Shown here: piece after piece, positions 15,446-23,909 of the stretch | Layout of the letters: the number at the start of each line of letters is the position of its first letter | Position numbering within the stretch: position 1 is the stretch's first letter | Assembly: GCA_043822705.1 (NCBI GenBank) | Contig: JBDRBK010000002.1 | Location: 1 to 23,909 of the forward strand | DNA from: Fidelibacterota bacterium | GTDB taxonomy: Bacteria; Fidelibacterota; Marinisomatia; Marinisomatales; TCS56 | DNA length: 23,909 nucleotides | Direction of reading: 5' to 3' | Notes under the pieces: generated by a model | Seen by the model: only the letters and a program-made list of their open reading frames with translations | Databases searched by the model: none | What the model was told of the DNA's origin: nothing | Position numbers and translations under genes: made by a program

Positions 15446-17710
15446 TTAAAATTCCGCGCTGATACCGATAGACGGCAGGATACCGATAGCGGCCTCTGAT
15501 TCAACACTTCCGCTACGGATATCATAACGCGGTACGTCCGCGGGCAAACGATTGTAAACATTCTGAATGTCAATGTAAGTAATCAAAACCAGATTTTCAA
15601 GGTGCCAGCGACGATCCAGGCGTAAATCCAGGCTGTGATTGTCATCGATTCGCAACCCGTTGTAGCGGTCAACAATCAACTGACCATTTTGATCAAAAGG
15701 TGTATACGGCCGGCCGGTGGCATAACGGAACTTGGTGCTGAATTCCCAGTTTTTGTTAAAAATATAGCCGCCGCCAAGATTCACGATCCAAGTCTGGTCG
15801 TAACTGCCGGGCCGGGAAATGCCGTCCAGCGCTTTAAATTCGGTTTGATTGTAGCTGATACTAACCGTACCATAGCAGGGAATTTCCGACAATTTTTTCT
15901 GGATAAAAAATTCAGCGCCGCGGGAATATCCTGAGCCACGGCTGATCAGCGGGTCGATACCAAAGGCGGCAAAACCATCGTCCGATCCGCCGAAGCCGGC
16001 GCCGGTGTTAGCCATTACCAGATAAGGCCGCAGACTGCTGGTTGGGTAATCGTTATAGATTTTCCAGTAGCTTTCCAAGCTGATTTTGGTATCCGTGCGC
16101 CAACGATAATCTAATCCGACAATCAGTTGATCAGCCCGGACCTGCCGTAACTGCCGGTTCTGTTCGTAAGCCACCAGCCAGATATAAGCAGGCGCCTGAT
16201 GATATCTTCCACCCCCGGCAATCAGGTCCAGGCGGTCATTTATTTTTATTTTGGCCGATATACGCGGCGACCACACAATTCCCTGGGCAATTAAGTTGAA
16301 ATCATCCGCCCGCAAACCAAAGGTCAAATCCAGGTTTTCAAACCTCCGGGTGATTTGCGTATAACCGGCTGATTTAATGCCTACTGTCTGGTAGTCGGCT
16401 GCCAATTCCACACTGGTTCCAGTACCGAATTGATCCTGGTTAACCAGCAAATTGCTGTTGAAGTCAATCCGCTTGATACGACCACCAAAGGACCAGCGCG
16501 TGTTGTCTGATACACGGTAAACGACATCGCTCTTGATGGCTGTTTCATACTCATGGGAATTATTGCTAAAGATCGGATTAAGCAGTGAATCACTCTGCAG
16601 AAAGTCGAAATCAACATTGACTTGGCTGAGAGAGATAGTAGCAAAACCGCGGGTAAACACCCGTTTATAAGTCGCTCCGGCCACTAACTGCGTTTGATCG
16701 CTGCCCAAAACCCGGGAATTACTATAACGCTGTTCACTGGTATCGTTAAACCATTTGACATTATCCAGGGCCGCCACGGTCAGAAATGACAGTTGATCGG
16801 TGGTATTCAGCTGGTAACTGACCTTACCTAAAAAATCCCAGTATTCAGGCACAAAGCCAAAGCCGGCAGCTTTGAAAATTAAATCGAGGTAGCTGCGGCG
16901 GGCCGAAAACAGAATCTTGCCGGTTTCTGAAAGTGGCCCTTCCAGATTCAGGCCGAATTGTGTCGCCGAAATCGTTCCCTTACCGCCGGGGTGATCAGTA
17001 CGGCCATCCCTTAAATCAATTTCAAGTACCGATGACAAACGATCGCCGAATGCGGCACCATACCCGCCAGTAGAGAAAGACGTGTTAGCGACAAAGTCAA
17101 GATTGATAAAGCTCAATGGCCCACCGGAGGCACCCTGAGTTCCGAAATGGTTAATATTGGGTACTTCAATACCATCGATCACAAATAAATTTTCGCTCGG
17201 TGCACCACCACGAACGATCAAATCGTTCCGACCGGATTGCGCCTGGGCCACGCCAGGTAAAATGGAAATTGCCCGGACTACGTCTTCCAGACCTCCCGGC
17301 AACCGGCGAATCTCTTCCACCGACTGTGTCTGGGTGCTGATCGGGGCATCGACACGACGAGTGAAATAATCGGCGGTTACATTGACTTGATTCAGTTCGA
17401 TCAGTACTGATTCAATGCTAAAATTAATTACAGCAGGTCTGATCGAATTGACGACGATATCAGTAAGGATTTGCGGTTTATATCCAATCACCGAAGAGCG
17501 CACACTATAGGTTCCGGCGGGGACAGCGGATATAATAAATCCGCCATTGATATCAGTGGCAGCTCCCAAATCGGTGCCTTCAATAATAATATTGGCTCCG
17601 ATTACCGGTTCCCCACTCAGTTCATCGGTCACGTTACCGGTGATTATTCCCGCGGCCCAGCCTATTCCGCTGAATCCGGTTAGAAATAGAATACTTATTA
17701 TTTTTTTCAT
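15446..17710 (-). CDS. TonB-dependent receptor with an N-terminal carboxypeptidase-like domain
   Basis: Signal peptide MKKIISILFLTGFSGIGWA, G.ITG.VTD..GAATDINGGF, plug LPGV...RNDLIVRGG.PSEN.F.IDGIEVPNINHF, FSARRSYLD, DIQNVYN and a terminal Phe (IGISAEF). Confidence 0.92.
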   Translation of the reverse strand: MKKIISILFLTGFSGIGWAAGIITGNVTDELSGEPVIGANIIIEGTDLGAATDINGGFIISAVPAGTYSVRSSVIGYKPQILTDIVVNSIRPAVINFSIESVLIELNQVNVTADYFTRRVDAPISTQTQSVEEIRRLPGGLEDVVRAISILPGVAQAQSGRNDLIVRGGAPSENLFVIDGIEVPNINHFGTQGASGGPLSFINLDFVANTSFSTGGYGAAFGDRLSSVLEIDLRDGRTDHPGGKGTISATQFGLNLEGPLSETGKILFSARRSYLDLIFKAAGFGFVPEYWDFLGKVSYQLNTTDQLSFLTVAALDNVKWFNDTSEQRYSNSRVLGSDQTQLVAGATYKRVFTRGFATISLSQVNVDFDFLQSDSLLNPIFSNNSHEYETAIKSDVVYRVSDNTRWSFGGRIKRIDFNSNLLVNQDQFGTGTSVELAADYQTVGIKSAGYTQITRRFENLDLTFGLRADDFNLIAQGIVWSPRISAKIKINDRLDLIAGGGRYHQAPAYIWLVAYEQNRQLRQVRADQLIVGLDYRWRTDTKISLESYWKIYNDYPTSSLRPYLVMANTGAGFGGSDDGFAAFGIDPLISRGSGYSRGAEFFIQKKLSEIPCYGTVSISYNQTEFKALDGISRPGSYDQTWIVNLGGGYIFNKNWEFSTKFRYATGRPYTPFDQNGQLIVDRYNGLRIDDNHSLDLRLDRRWHLENLVLITYIDIQNVYNRLPADVPRYDIRSGSVESEAAIGILPSIGISAEF

Positions 17711-17752
17711 AGCAGGATCAATTTTCTTTTTTCTAATTGCGATTGCGTCTCA

Positions 17753-17781
17753 ATATTAACAAATAAAGAGGCGTCAGTCAA
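17753..17781 (-). promoter_or_regulatory. Sigma70-type promoter of the TBDR-CarH-like operon
   Basis: Minus strand TTGACT (17781-17776), 17 nt, TAATAT (17758-17753), with an extended -10 TGn, 42 nt upstream of the ATG. Confidence 0.6.
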
Positions 17782-17884
17782 TAAAAATGAGCGTATTGAG
17801 CGTTTTACAGTCTAAATACTAACGTATATATCAGAATATCAGGAGTATATCGCGATATAATAAATTAGCTGCTATTGGGCCGAT

Positions 17885-20365
17885 CTAAAGATTCTGCCCG
17901 AAAATTATATGGTAATTCCAACCTTCCCGTTTTCCATCGCCATCAATATCGTCAAAACCATAGCCCATATCAAATCCCAATATGCCGACCATGGGCATGA
18001 AAAACCGGATGCCGGCGCCGGCCGATCGTTTCAGGCTGAGGGCCGAATTCTGCTGCAGATAATTGGGCTCCATCATGTCCGCTGATTCCCAGACATTGCC
18101 GGCTTCGGCGAATACCAGCCCGTAAACCACCGGATTATCGCTGAACAGCAACCGCAGCTCGGTGGACCAGCTCACCATCGTATTACCGCCTACCGGTGAA
18201 CCATCATATTGCGGCCCGATTGAATTATCAGGATAGCCCCGCAGCATATTGCCATAGGTGATACCGGTACCGCCCATGATGAATTTTTCACTGAGTGGTA
18301 ATATTGACAACTGTTCACCCTGGAGTCGGAATTGTCCGATATAGCCCAGTTTCAGAGAATTGGTCAGGGCCACCTTCTTGGCGACCGGGGTATACCAGTC
18401 CAGATTCAACTGATGCTTATGAAAATCTTCATTCCCACCCAGGTATCCACCGGAAACCGTGGTGGTCCAACTCATAAACGATCCGTTACTGGTGAATTCC
18501 GGCTTATCGCGGCTGTCGCGGCTTATCGTCTGCGAAATCTTTACGCCTGCTGAATTGGTCCGGGTAGAATCCGGACCGGAAAAATATCCCACATAATAGC
18601 TGATATCATCAATCGACCCGGTGTATTCTTTTTCCGTAACCTGCAACATCCAGTTGCCACGGAAATAATCATCCGGCCAGCGCAGGCGCCGTCCCCAGCG
18701 CAGACTGCCGCCGGTGGTGTTGATATCCAGGGGATAATAATATTGGGTCGAGGCGCCCTGATAAGTGTGGAAAAGGGAGAATCCGACCAGATTGGGTGTG
18801 TCAAAAATCATGGGATCGGTGAAACTTAAATTAAACGAACGGTATTTCGACGGTTCGCTGCCGGTCAGTGATGTATTGGTCCCCACCGTGTAACTCAGCG
18901 CCAGTTTCTGACCATTGCCGCTGGTGAAGGGCGCAGCCAGATCGAAATTGTTGAAGGCCAGGGAGCCTCCGCCGGTCATTCCGTACTCGCCGGTAAATCC
19001 GATATTAGCACTGGCCTGATCCGATGATTTTTCTTCCACGGTTATTTCCAGATTGACTTTATCATCATCATCCGTCGGATAGACCTGTGGATCGACATTG
19101 GCAAAATAATTCAGCATCCAGACATTGCGTTGACTGCGCATCAGTTTTTCGCGGTTGAAAATATCTCCGGGGAAAATAGTCATTTCACGGCGGATAACAT
19201 TTTCACGGGTCTTGGAATTGCCGACAATATTGATCTGATTGACCCGTACCTGCTGATTTTCGGTAATCAGGAAATGGACGTCCAGAGAATCCTCCCCGAC
19301 CGGAGTGAACTGTGGTTGAATCTGGCTGTAAATATAGCCGCGGTCCATATACAATCCCTGCATTCGTTCGAAAACCGCCAGGTTAAAATCCTGCGCTCCA
19401 TAGGCCGTCCCCGGCTGCAAATCCAGCGCCTGCTTTAGTTGATCCTTCGAGAAAAGCTGATTCCCCGCCCAGGAAAAATCCCGGTATTTGTACTGGGGAC
19501 CCTCATAAACCGTTAGCACCACATTAAGCTTCCGGCCTGCATCATGCTGGACAACGGTATCGGCAAGGATAGTAAAATCACGATACCCTTTATTTTGATA
19601 GTAAGTCCGCAGCAGGTCCTGATCTTCAAGATATTTTTTCTCATCGAATGGTGAGCGCCAGAACAGATACCAGCGCTGTTGCTTGGTTTCCTGCAATACC
19701 AGGCGTAACCGGCGATCGGAAAATGCCACATTATTTTCAAATATTATCTGATCGATCCGAACTTTCTTCCCTTCATCGATGGCAATTTCCAAATTGCGGG
19801 TAAGCGACCGGGCGGGATTTTGATCAATCAGGGTTGGTGAGGGAATGGTAAGCACCGCCCGGACCGAAGTTGTCAGGTAACCGGCTTCGATGTAATGCTC
19901 ACGGATTTTTTTCTCTATCACGTTGAGCGTATTCGGCAGGATACGCTGGCCCGGCATCAGCTCCAGCAGCTCATCCAAATCCCGGTCCTTATTTTTTTTA
20001 TTACCGGTGTAGTGAACCTGCCCTAAAACCGGATTTTCAACGACCAAAATAGTAATTACTAAACCGGCTTCGTCTTCCCGGTCCAGGCGAATCTGGATAT
20101 CAGAAAATAGACCGGTCGCCCATAATCGTTTCACCGCTTGGGAAAATGCGATTGATTGAACAGTCATACCTTCCGACAGGCCGCTAGTGTAGCGAATAAT
20201 ATTAGCTGAAGTGATTGAATTGCCCGCTACGTTCACCTCCTGCAGATAAATTTCCTGCATTTCCTGGATTTCCTGAGCCAACACCCGGCCGAAAATGACC
20301 AGTAAAACAACTGCAAGATAAGTTGGTTTGTGTATTTTAAAAATTGAAGTAGAAAAATATTTCAA
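17885..20365 (-). CDS. bamA: Outer membrane protein assembly factor BamA (Omp85)
   Basis: Signal peptide, five POTRA-like repeats (V.GN...V.E.P pattern; POTRA5 GNSKTRENVIRRE), beta-barrel with GNGQ.L, loop-6 LRGY, FAEAGNVW and SAG.G.R...PMVG.LGFD.GYGFD. TTG start. Confidence 0.92.
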   Translation of the reverse strand: MKYFSTSIFKIHKPTYLAVVLLVIFGRVLAQEIQEMQEIYLQEVNVAGNSITSANIIRYTSGLSEGMTVQSIAFSQAVKRLWATGLFSDIQIRLDREDEAGLVITILVVENPVLGQVHYTGNKKNKDRDLDELLELMPGQRILPNTLNVIEKKIREHYIEAGYLTTSVRAVLTIPSPTLIDQNPARSLTRNLEIAIDEGKKVRIDQIIFENNVAFSDRRLRLVLQETKQQRWYLFWRSPFDEKKYLEDQDLLRTYYQNKGYRDFTILADTVVQHDAGRKLNVVLTVYEGPQYKYRDFSWAGNQLFSKDQLKQALDLQPGTAYGAQDFNLAVFERMQGLYMDRGYIYSQIQPQFTPVGEDSLDVHFLITENQQVRVNQINIVGNSKTRENVIRREMTIFPGDIFNREKLMRSQRNVWMLNYFANVDPQVYPTDDDDKVNLEITVEEKSSDQASANIGFTGEYGMTGGGSLAFNNFDLAAPFTSGNGQKLALSYTVGTNTSLTGSEPSKYRSFNLSFTDPMIFDTPNLVGFSLFHTYQGASTQYYYPLDINTTGGSLRWGRRLRWPDDYFRGNWMLQVTEKEYTGSIDDISYYVGYFSGPDSTRTNSAGVKISQTISRDSRDKPEFTSNGSFMSWTTTVSGGYLGGNEDFHKHQLNLDWYTPVAKKVALTNSLKLGYIGQFRLQGEQLSILPLSEKFIMGGTGITYGNMLRGYPDNSIGPQYDGSPVGGNTMVSWSTELRLLFSDNPVVYGLVFAEAGNVWESADMMEPNYLQQNSALSLKRSAGAGIRFFMPMVGILGFDMGYGFDDIDGDGKREGWNYHIIFGQNL

Positions 20366-20443
20366 ATACTTCTGCCATTTCTGTCAATTTTACTATTCCT
20401 GATAACCGGCCGATGTGTGCTGACGGCCTATCGTATTATTCTG

Positions 20444-21277
20444 TCAATTAATTTCCACCACATTAATAAGGACATTGTCACTGTTAAAGGCAGTGAACAC
20501 ACCCAGCCCGCCAATTATGTTGGTTAGTGGTTCATTCAAATCACGCGAATCCTGATCACGCGATTCGTACAGATCAACATATTCCTGATTCACCCGGTAA
20601 ACCGTCACCTTGTGTCTACCAAGATGGGTGATATTGGGCATTCGAATCTCAAATTGATTATCAGCAATCGGCGGGAACACGTATTCCACTGGTCCCATTC
20701 CTTTAAACTCAAAATCAAATGCCACCGGATTTTCTTCAATATTCTTCAACGCGACATAGAACCAGGCATTATCGACCGCCTCCCAGGAAACGATAATCTC
20801 CTGCTGCCCCGACTCACGCCATTCCTGCAGACTGGACCAGTCATCAAAATTTGGTACCTCCATGCGCGTGCTGTTGATGGCCACGGCAACCGGCTGCTCC
20901 GGAATAACCGTCCGTGCCGTAACAAACTGATCACCATAAGTAATCTCAATTTCGTAGTCATCACCGGATTCCAGAATCAGGTCGGTGCCATTATATTGGT
21001 AATAGCCACTATCCCCGGGGGCCGGTTTAAAATCATAACGCTGACCGGCATTAATCAAGGCTACTGCGGCATCATTTATCGGTGGGGCCAAAGCCGTGTC
21101 GGCATCCAGAGGCAAGGTGGATGTCAGTTTGATTTTGACCAGTTGCTCACCACCATAAAGGTATGCCCAAACGACGATCAAATCCTGGTCCGATACGAGA
21201 GGGCTATCGTCGGTGCACCCCATGATTAAGAGGCCGGCCAGCGTTAAGAACAGTAGATATTTAGAATATTTTTTCAT
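20444..21277 (-). CDS. TBDR-associated lipoprotein (DUF4249-like)
   Basis: Lipobox LLIMG-C, IVVWAYL, AAV.L, G.DYEIEI, TARTVIP and the C-terminal EP.TNIIGGLGVFTA typical of this family. Lies 20 nt downstream of a TBDR. Confidence 0.78.
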   Translation of the reverse strand: MKKYSKYLLFLTLAGLLIMGCTDDSPLVSDQDLIVVWAYLYGGEQLVKIKLTSTLPLDADTALAPPINDAAVALINAGQRYDFKPAPGDSGYYQYNGTDLILESGDDYEIEITYGDQFVTARTVIPEQPVAVAINSTRMEVPNFDDWSSLQEWRESGQQEIIVSWEAVDNAWFYVALKNIEENPVAFDFEFKGMGPVEYVFPPIADNQFEIRMPNITHLGRHKVTVYRVNQEYVDLYESRDQDSRDLNEPLTNIIGGLGVFTAFNSDNVLINVVEIN

Positions 21278-21297
21278 TTATCGGCATTCACCTGATA

Positions 21298-23766
21298 TTA
21301 CAGATTCAGTTTCACAAACAGTGTCGGCGTGAATCCCAGCATCAACACATCGGAGACAATAATCGGAGTCACGTCCAGATCGTAATCACGATATGATACA
21401 TTATCATGATTATACAGGTTGTAGATCGAGACACCCACATCCCAGATTACCGGTCGTCCCAGGCTGCTGCTGTAGGATTCGAATTTCCGAGATGCGCTCA
21501 GATCCAGTCGGTGATAATCGGGCAGGCGATAAGCATTTTTTTCTCCGACATGAATATAACTGAGGTCGCTGCCATCCAGCATTTCCAGAAAATACTGGCT
21601 TTCGGGTGCGGTGTAGGCATTACCGGTACTGAACATCCAGGTTGCAGCCAAATTCCATTTCCCCAGCTTGTAGGTCCCGACAGCTTTCAACTCATGTCGG
21701 CGATCATGACTGGCCGGAAAGGGTTCTCCATCATTCAGGTTGGGGAAGGTTTGATCAACCCTGCCCAGGGTATAACTCACCCAACCGGTTAGAGCACCGG
21801 TCTTTTTCTGAGCCAGGAATTCAACTCCCTGCGAAACGCCGCTGCCAAAGAAGAAATAGTTTAGATAATCGGATTGATCCTGAAAACGGCGGGAAAATTC
21901 CACCAGGTTATCCATGGTCTTGTAATAAGCCTCGACCTCCAACAAATATACCGGCGTGTTGTAAGAAAAACCCAAAATCGAATGTTCGGCAAAACCGGGA
22001 ATGATATTTTCATCAGCGGTAAGCCAGAAATCATTACTGCCCTGCAGAACATTCTCATTGGTAATATTATTGATAAACTGATTGTATTGACCCCAGGCGC
22101 CCTTCAGTTGCAAGCGGTCGGTAAGCATCCATGAAAGTGATAACCGCGGAGTGTGATAAATTTTATCGGTCTGGTCATAATGGGTGCTGCGCCAGCCGGC
22201 GGTCAATTCGATCAATGGTGTTAATTTCCACTGATCCTGCAGATAAAGCGCCGTCGTTCGGGAATCGGAATCGACTAACAGAATATTCACAGTATCCAGT
22301 ATTGTCGCCCGGTATTGGGTATTTACAAGATTCAGATCGGCACCGAATTCCATTTTATGTCTTTCAGTTACCTGCCACTGATTATCCAGACGCAGAGTGA
22401 CGTCGTTGACGGTATTGTACTCATTCTGGGCAAATGCGCCCAATCCCCTGGCACTGCCGGTGCTGTCATCGATGCCGATTACATTCGACCCGCTGAAACT
22501 CAAATTACGTTCATAATTACTGTTATATTCCGAATTGGACAGCAGCAGGTTGGTAAAACCACGCCGGTTCCACTGATGTGCCCACTTGAGGCTGCCGCCG
22601 ATATTGCCCCAGTCGGTCAGGTTTTCATCCAGCCGTGATTCAAAGCTGGCACCCGAAGATCCGGTAAAACCCGGGCCGCCCAGATCCAGCTCACGGGATT
22701 TGTCCAGATAATCGCGGCCGGCATAAAAACTGAAACTCAGTAAATCACGCTCGGTTGGATTGACGGACAGTTTGTTGTTGATATCATAGTAATAAAAACT
22801 GGGCACCACGGTCTGCCCGAGCGCTCCGCCACCAGGACCTCGGCCCATATTCATTGATTGCGAGCCGGTGGTGGCGGCTTCTTCGCCGGTAACATAGGAG
22901 TAAATATCGTTGTAGAAGGGACTTTGCAGAATATCGGTGTAAGAACGGCGGGCCGACAGTAACCAACTGCCCCTATCATCCCAAAATGGTGTTTGGTACA
23001 GCAGGTTGGCCGACAACAGATTAACATTCACGCTGAGTTCACGGAATTCACTGCCGCGTTTGCCGGTCAGTTCGACAATACTGGAAAGGCGTCCGCCATA
23101 TTTCGCCGGGTAGCCGCCCTTATATAACTGCACATCCTTGATAGCATCGGCATTAAAAACGCTGAACATGCCGAAAAAATGATCCACATGGTAGACTGTC
23201 ATGCCGTCCAGAATTACCATATTCTGATCCGGAGTACCGCCACGAACGTACAACCCGGATTTACCATCACCGACACCACTGATGCCCGGCAGCAATTGCA
23301 GCGATCTGAAAATATCGACCTCGCCAAAAGAAGGCAGTGTCTGCAATTCCCGCGGCGATAATGATATCTGGCTGACATTATCGCTGATTTTAAAAATCTC
23401 GTAGGCATCGGCCACAACCTCGACACCTTCCAGATCAATCGCCCGCGGCTTCAAATCAATAATCACCGGTTTGCGCTGGTCCCCTTGATTGTCGACAATT
23501 TTAATTGTCTTTTCATAGCCCATATAAGTCACCTGCAATGAACAGACCCCGGCCGATACGTTGATCAGCACAAAATAGCCCTCGGCATTGGACGAGGTAC
23601 CCCGCTCGGTCCCTCGCAGGCTGATATTGGCATACGGCAAAACTTCACCGGAATAGAAATCTTTTACATAACCCTGGATATCTTGCTTTAATCCGGTCGC
23701 CTGCTGACCAAATGCTATCGTTAATCCGATTACTATCAGGACTGAAATCAGGAAGAATCTTCTCAT
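21298..23766 (-). CDS. TonB-dependent receptor with an N-terminal carboxypeptidase-like domain
   Basis: The preferred start ATG 23766 gives the signal peptide MRRFFLISVLIVIGLTIAFG. Plug LPSFGEVDIFRSLQLLPG...GLYVRGGTPDQN..LDG..VY..HFFG.FSVFN, YKGGYPAKYGGRLSS, RLPDYHRLDLS, SIYNLYN. Confidence 0.92.
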   Translation of the reverse strand: MRRFFLISVLIVIGLTIAFGQQATGLKQDIQGYVKDFYSGEVLPYANISLRGTERGTSSNAEGYFVLINVSAGVCSLQVTYMGYEKTIKIVDNQGDQRKPVIIDLKPRAIDLEGVEVVADAYEIFKISDNVSQISLSPRELQTLPSFGEVDIFRSLQLLPGISGVGDGKSGLYVRGGTPDQNMVILDGMTVYHVDHFFGMFSVFNADAIKDVQLYKGGYPAKYGGRLSSIVELTGKRGSEFRELSVNVNLLSANLLYQTPFWDDRGSWLLSARRSYTDILQSPFYNDIYSYVTGEEAATTGSQSMNMGRGPGGGALGQTVVPSFYYYDINNKLSVNPTERDLLSFSFYAGRDYLDKSRELDLGGPGFTGSSGASFESRLDENLTDWGNIGGSLKWAHQWNRRGFTNLLLSNSEYNSNYERNLSFSGSNVIGIDDSTGSARGLGAFAQNEYNTVNDVTLRLDNQWQVTERHKMEFGADLNLVNTQYRATILDTVNILLVDSDSRTTALYLQDQWKLTPLIELTAGWRSTHYDQTDKIYHTPRLSLSWMLTDRLQLKGAWGQYNQFINNITNENVLQGSNDFWLTADENIIPGFAEHSILGFSYNTPVYLLEVEAYYKTMDNLVEFSRRFQDQSDYLNYFFFGSGVSQGVEFLAQKKTGALTGWVSYTLGRVDQTFPNLNDGEPFPASHDRRHELKAVGTYKLGKWNLAATWMFSTGNAYTAPESQYFLEMLDGSDLSYIHVGEKNAYRLPDYHRLDLSASRKFESYSSSLGRPVIWDVGVSIYNLYNHDNVSYRDYDLDVTPIIVSDVLMLGFTPTLFVKLNL

Positions 23767-23909
23767 TAAATTATCTGTCGCATATGATGTTTTACAGGTT
23801 AGACAATTAACTATCCCGAACCATTCCACCCGAAAAATAATTTCTCTGATTACTTCCTGATTTTCCCTGATGCATTTTAGATTCAAGCGAAAAAAAACAG
23901 CACCGGCCG

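Noticed and set aside
23767..23886. 40-aa N-terminal extension of the last TBDR
   Set aside because: The signal peptide begins at ATG 23766, and the upstream sequence is AT-rich and promoter-like.
1..23909. CRISPR arrays, tRNA/rRNA genes, IS elements, integrases, prophage or defence genes
   Set aside because: No repeat-spacer arrays, cloverleafs, or transposase/integrase motifs were seen, and nearly all the sequence is accounted for by the listed CDSs.

Overview
Bacterial chromosomal segment. The TonB-dependent receptor/lipoprotein types and the BamA suggest an FCB-superphylum diderm, but that is inference only. Left to right: the 3' end of tldD and pmbA(tldE); a stand-alone type-2 tryptophan synthase beta subunit (TrpB2) preceded by an unannotated 27-codon Trp-rich leader peptide (..VWTWWP..) and a candidate SD-sequestering RNA switch; a DUF4382-type lipoprotein and a TonB-dependent receptor (TBDR) on the minus strand; an XRE-HTH/membrane protein/ABC-2 exporter operon with three phased operator-like sites; a NamZ-like lipoprotein and a TetR regulator; a tightly coupled five-gene minus-strand operon (TBDR, CarH/LitR-like B12 photoreceptor-type regulator, DUF1295, T4-endoV-like MSMEG_6728 glycosylase, DUF523-DUF1722 YbgA/RudS) that looks like a photolyase-free light/UV-response system; and a TBDR, DUF4249-type lipoprotein and BamA cluster outside the usual bamA context. 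I saw no rRNA, tRNA, CRISPR array or mobile element. All family calls come from motif recognition, not database searches.
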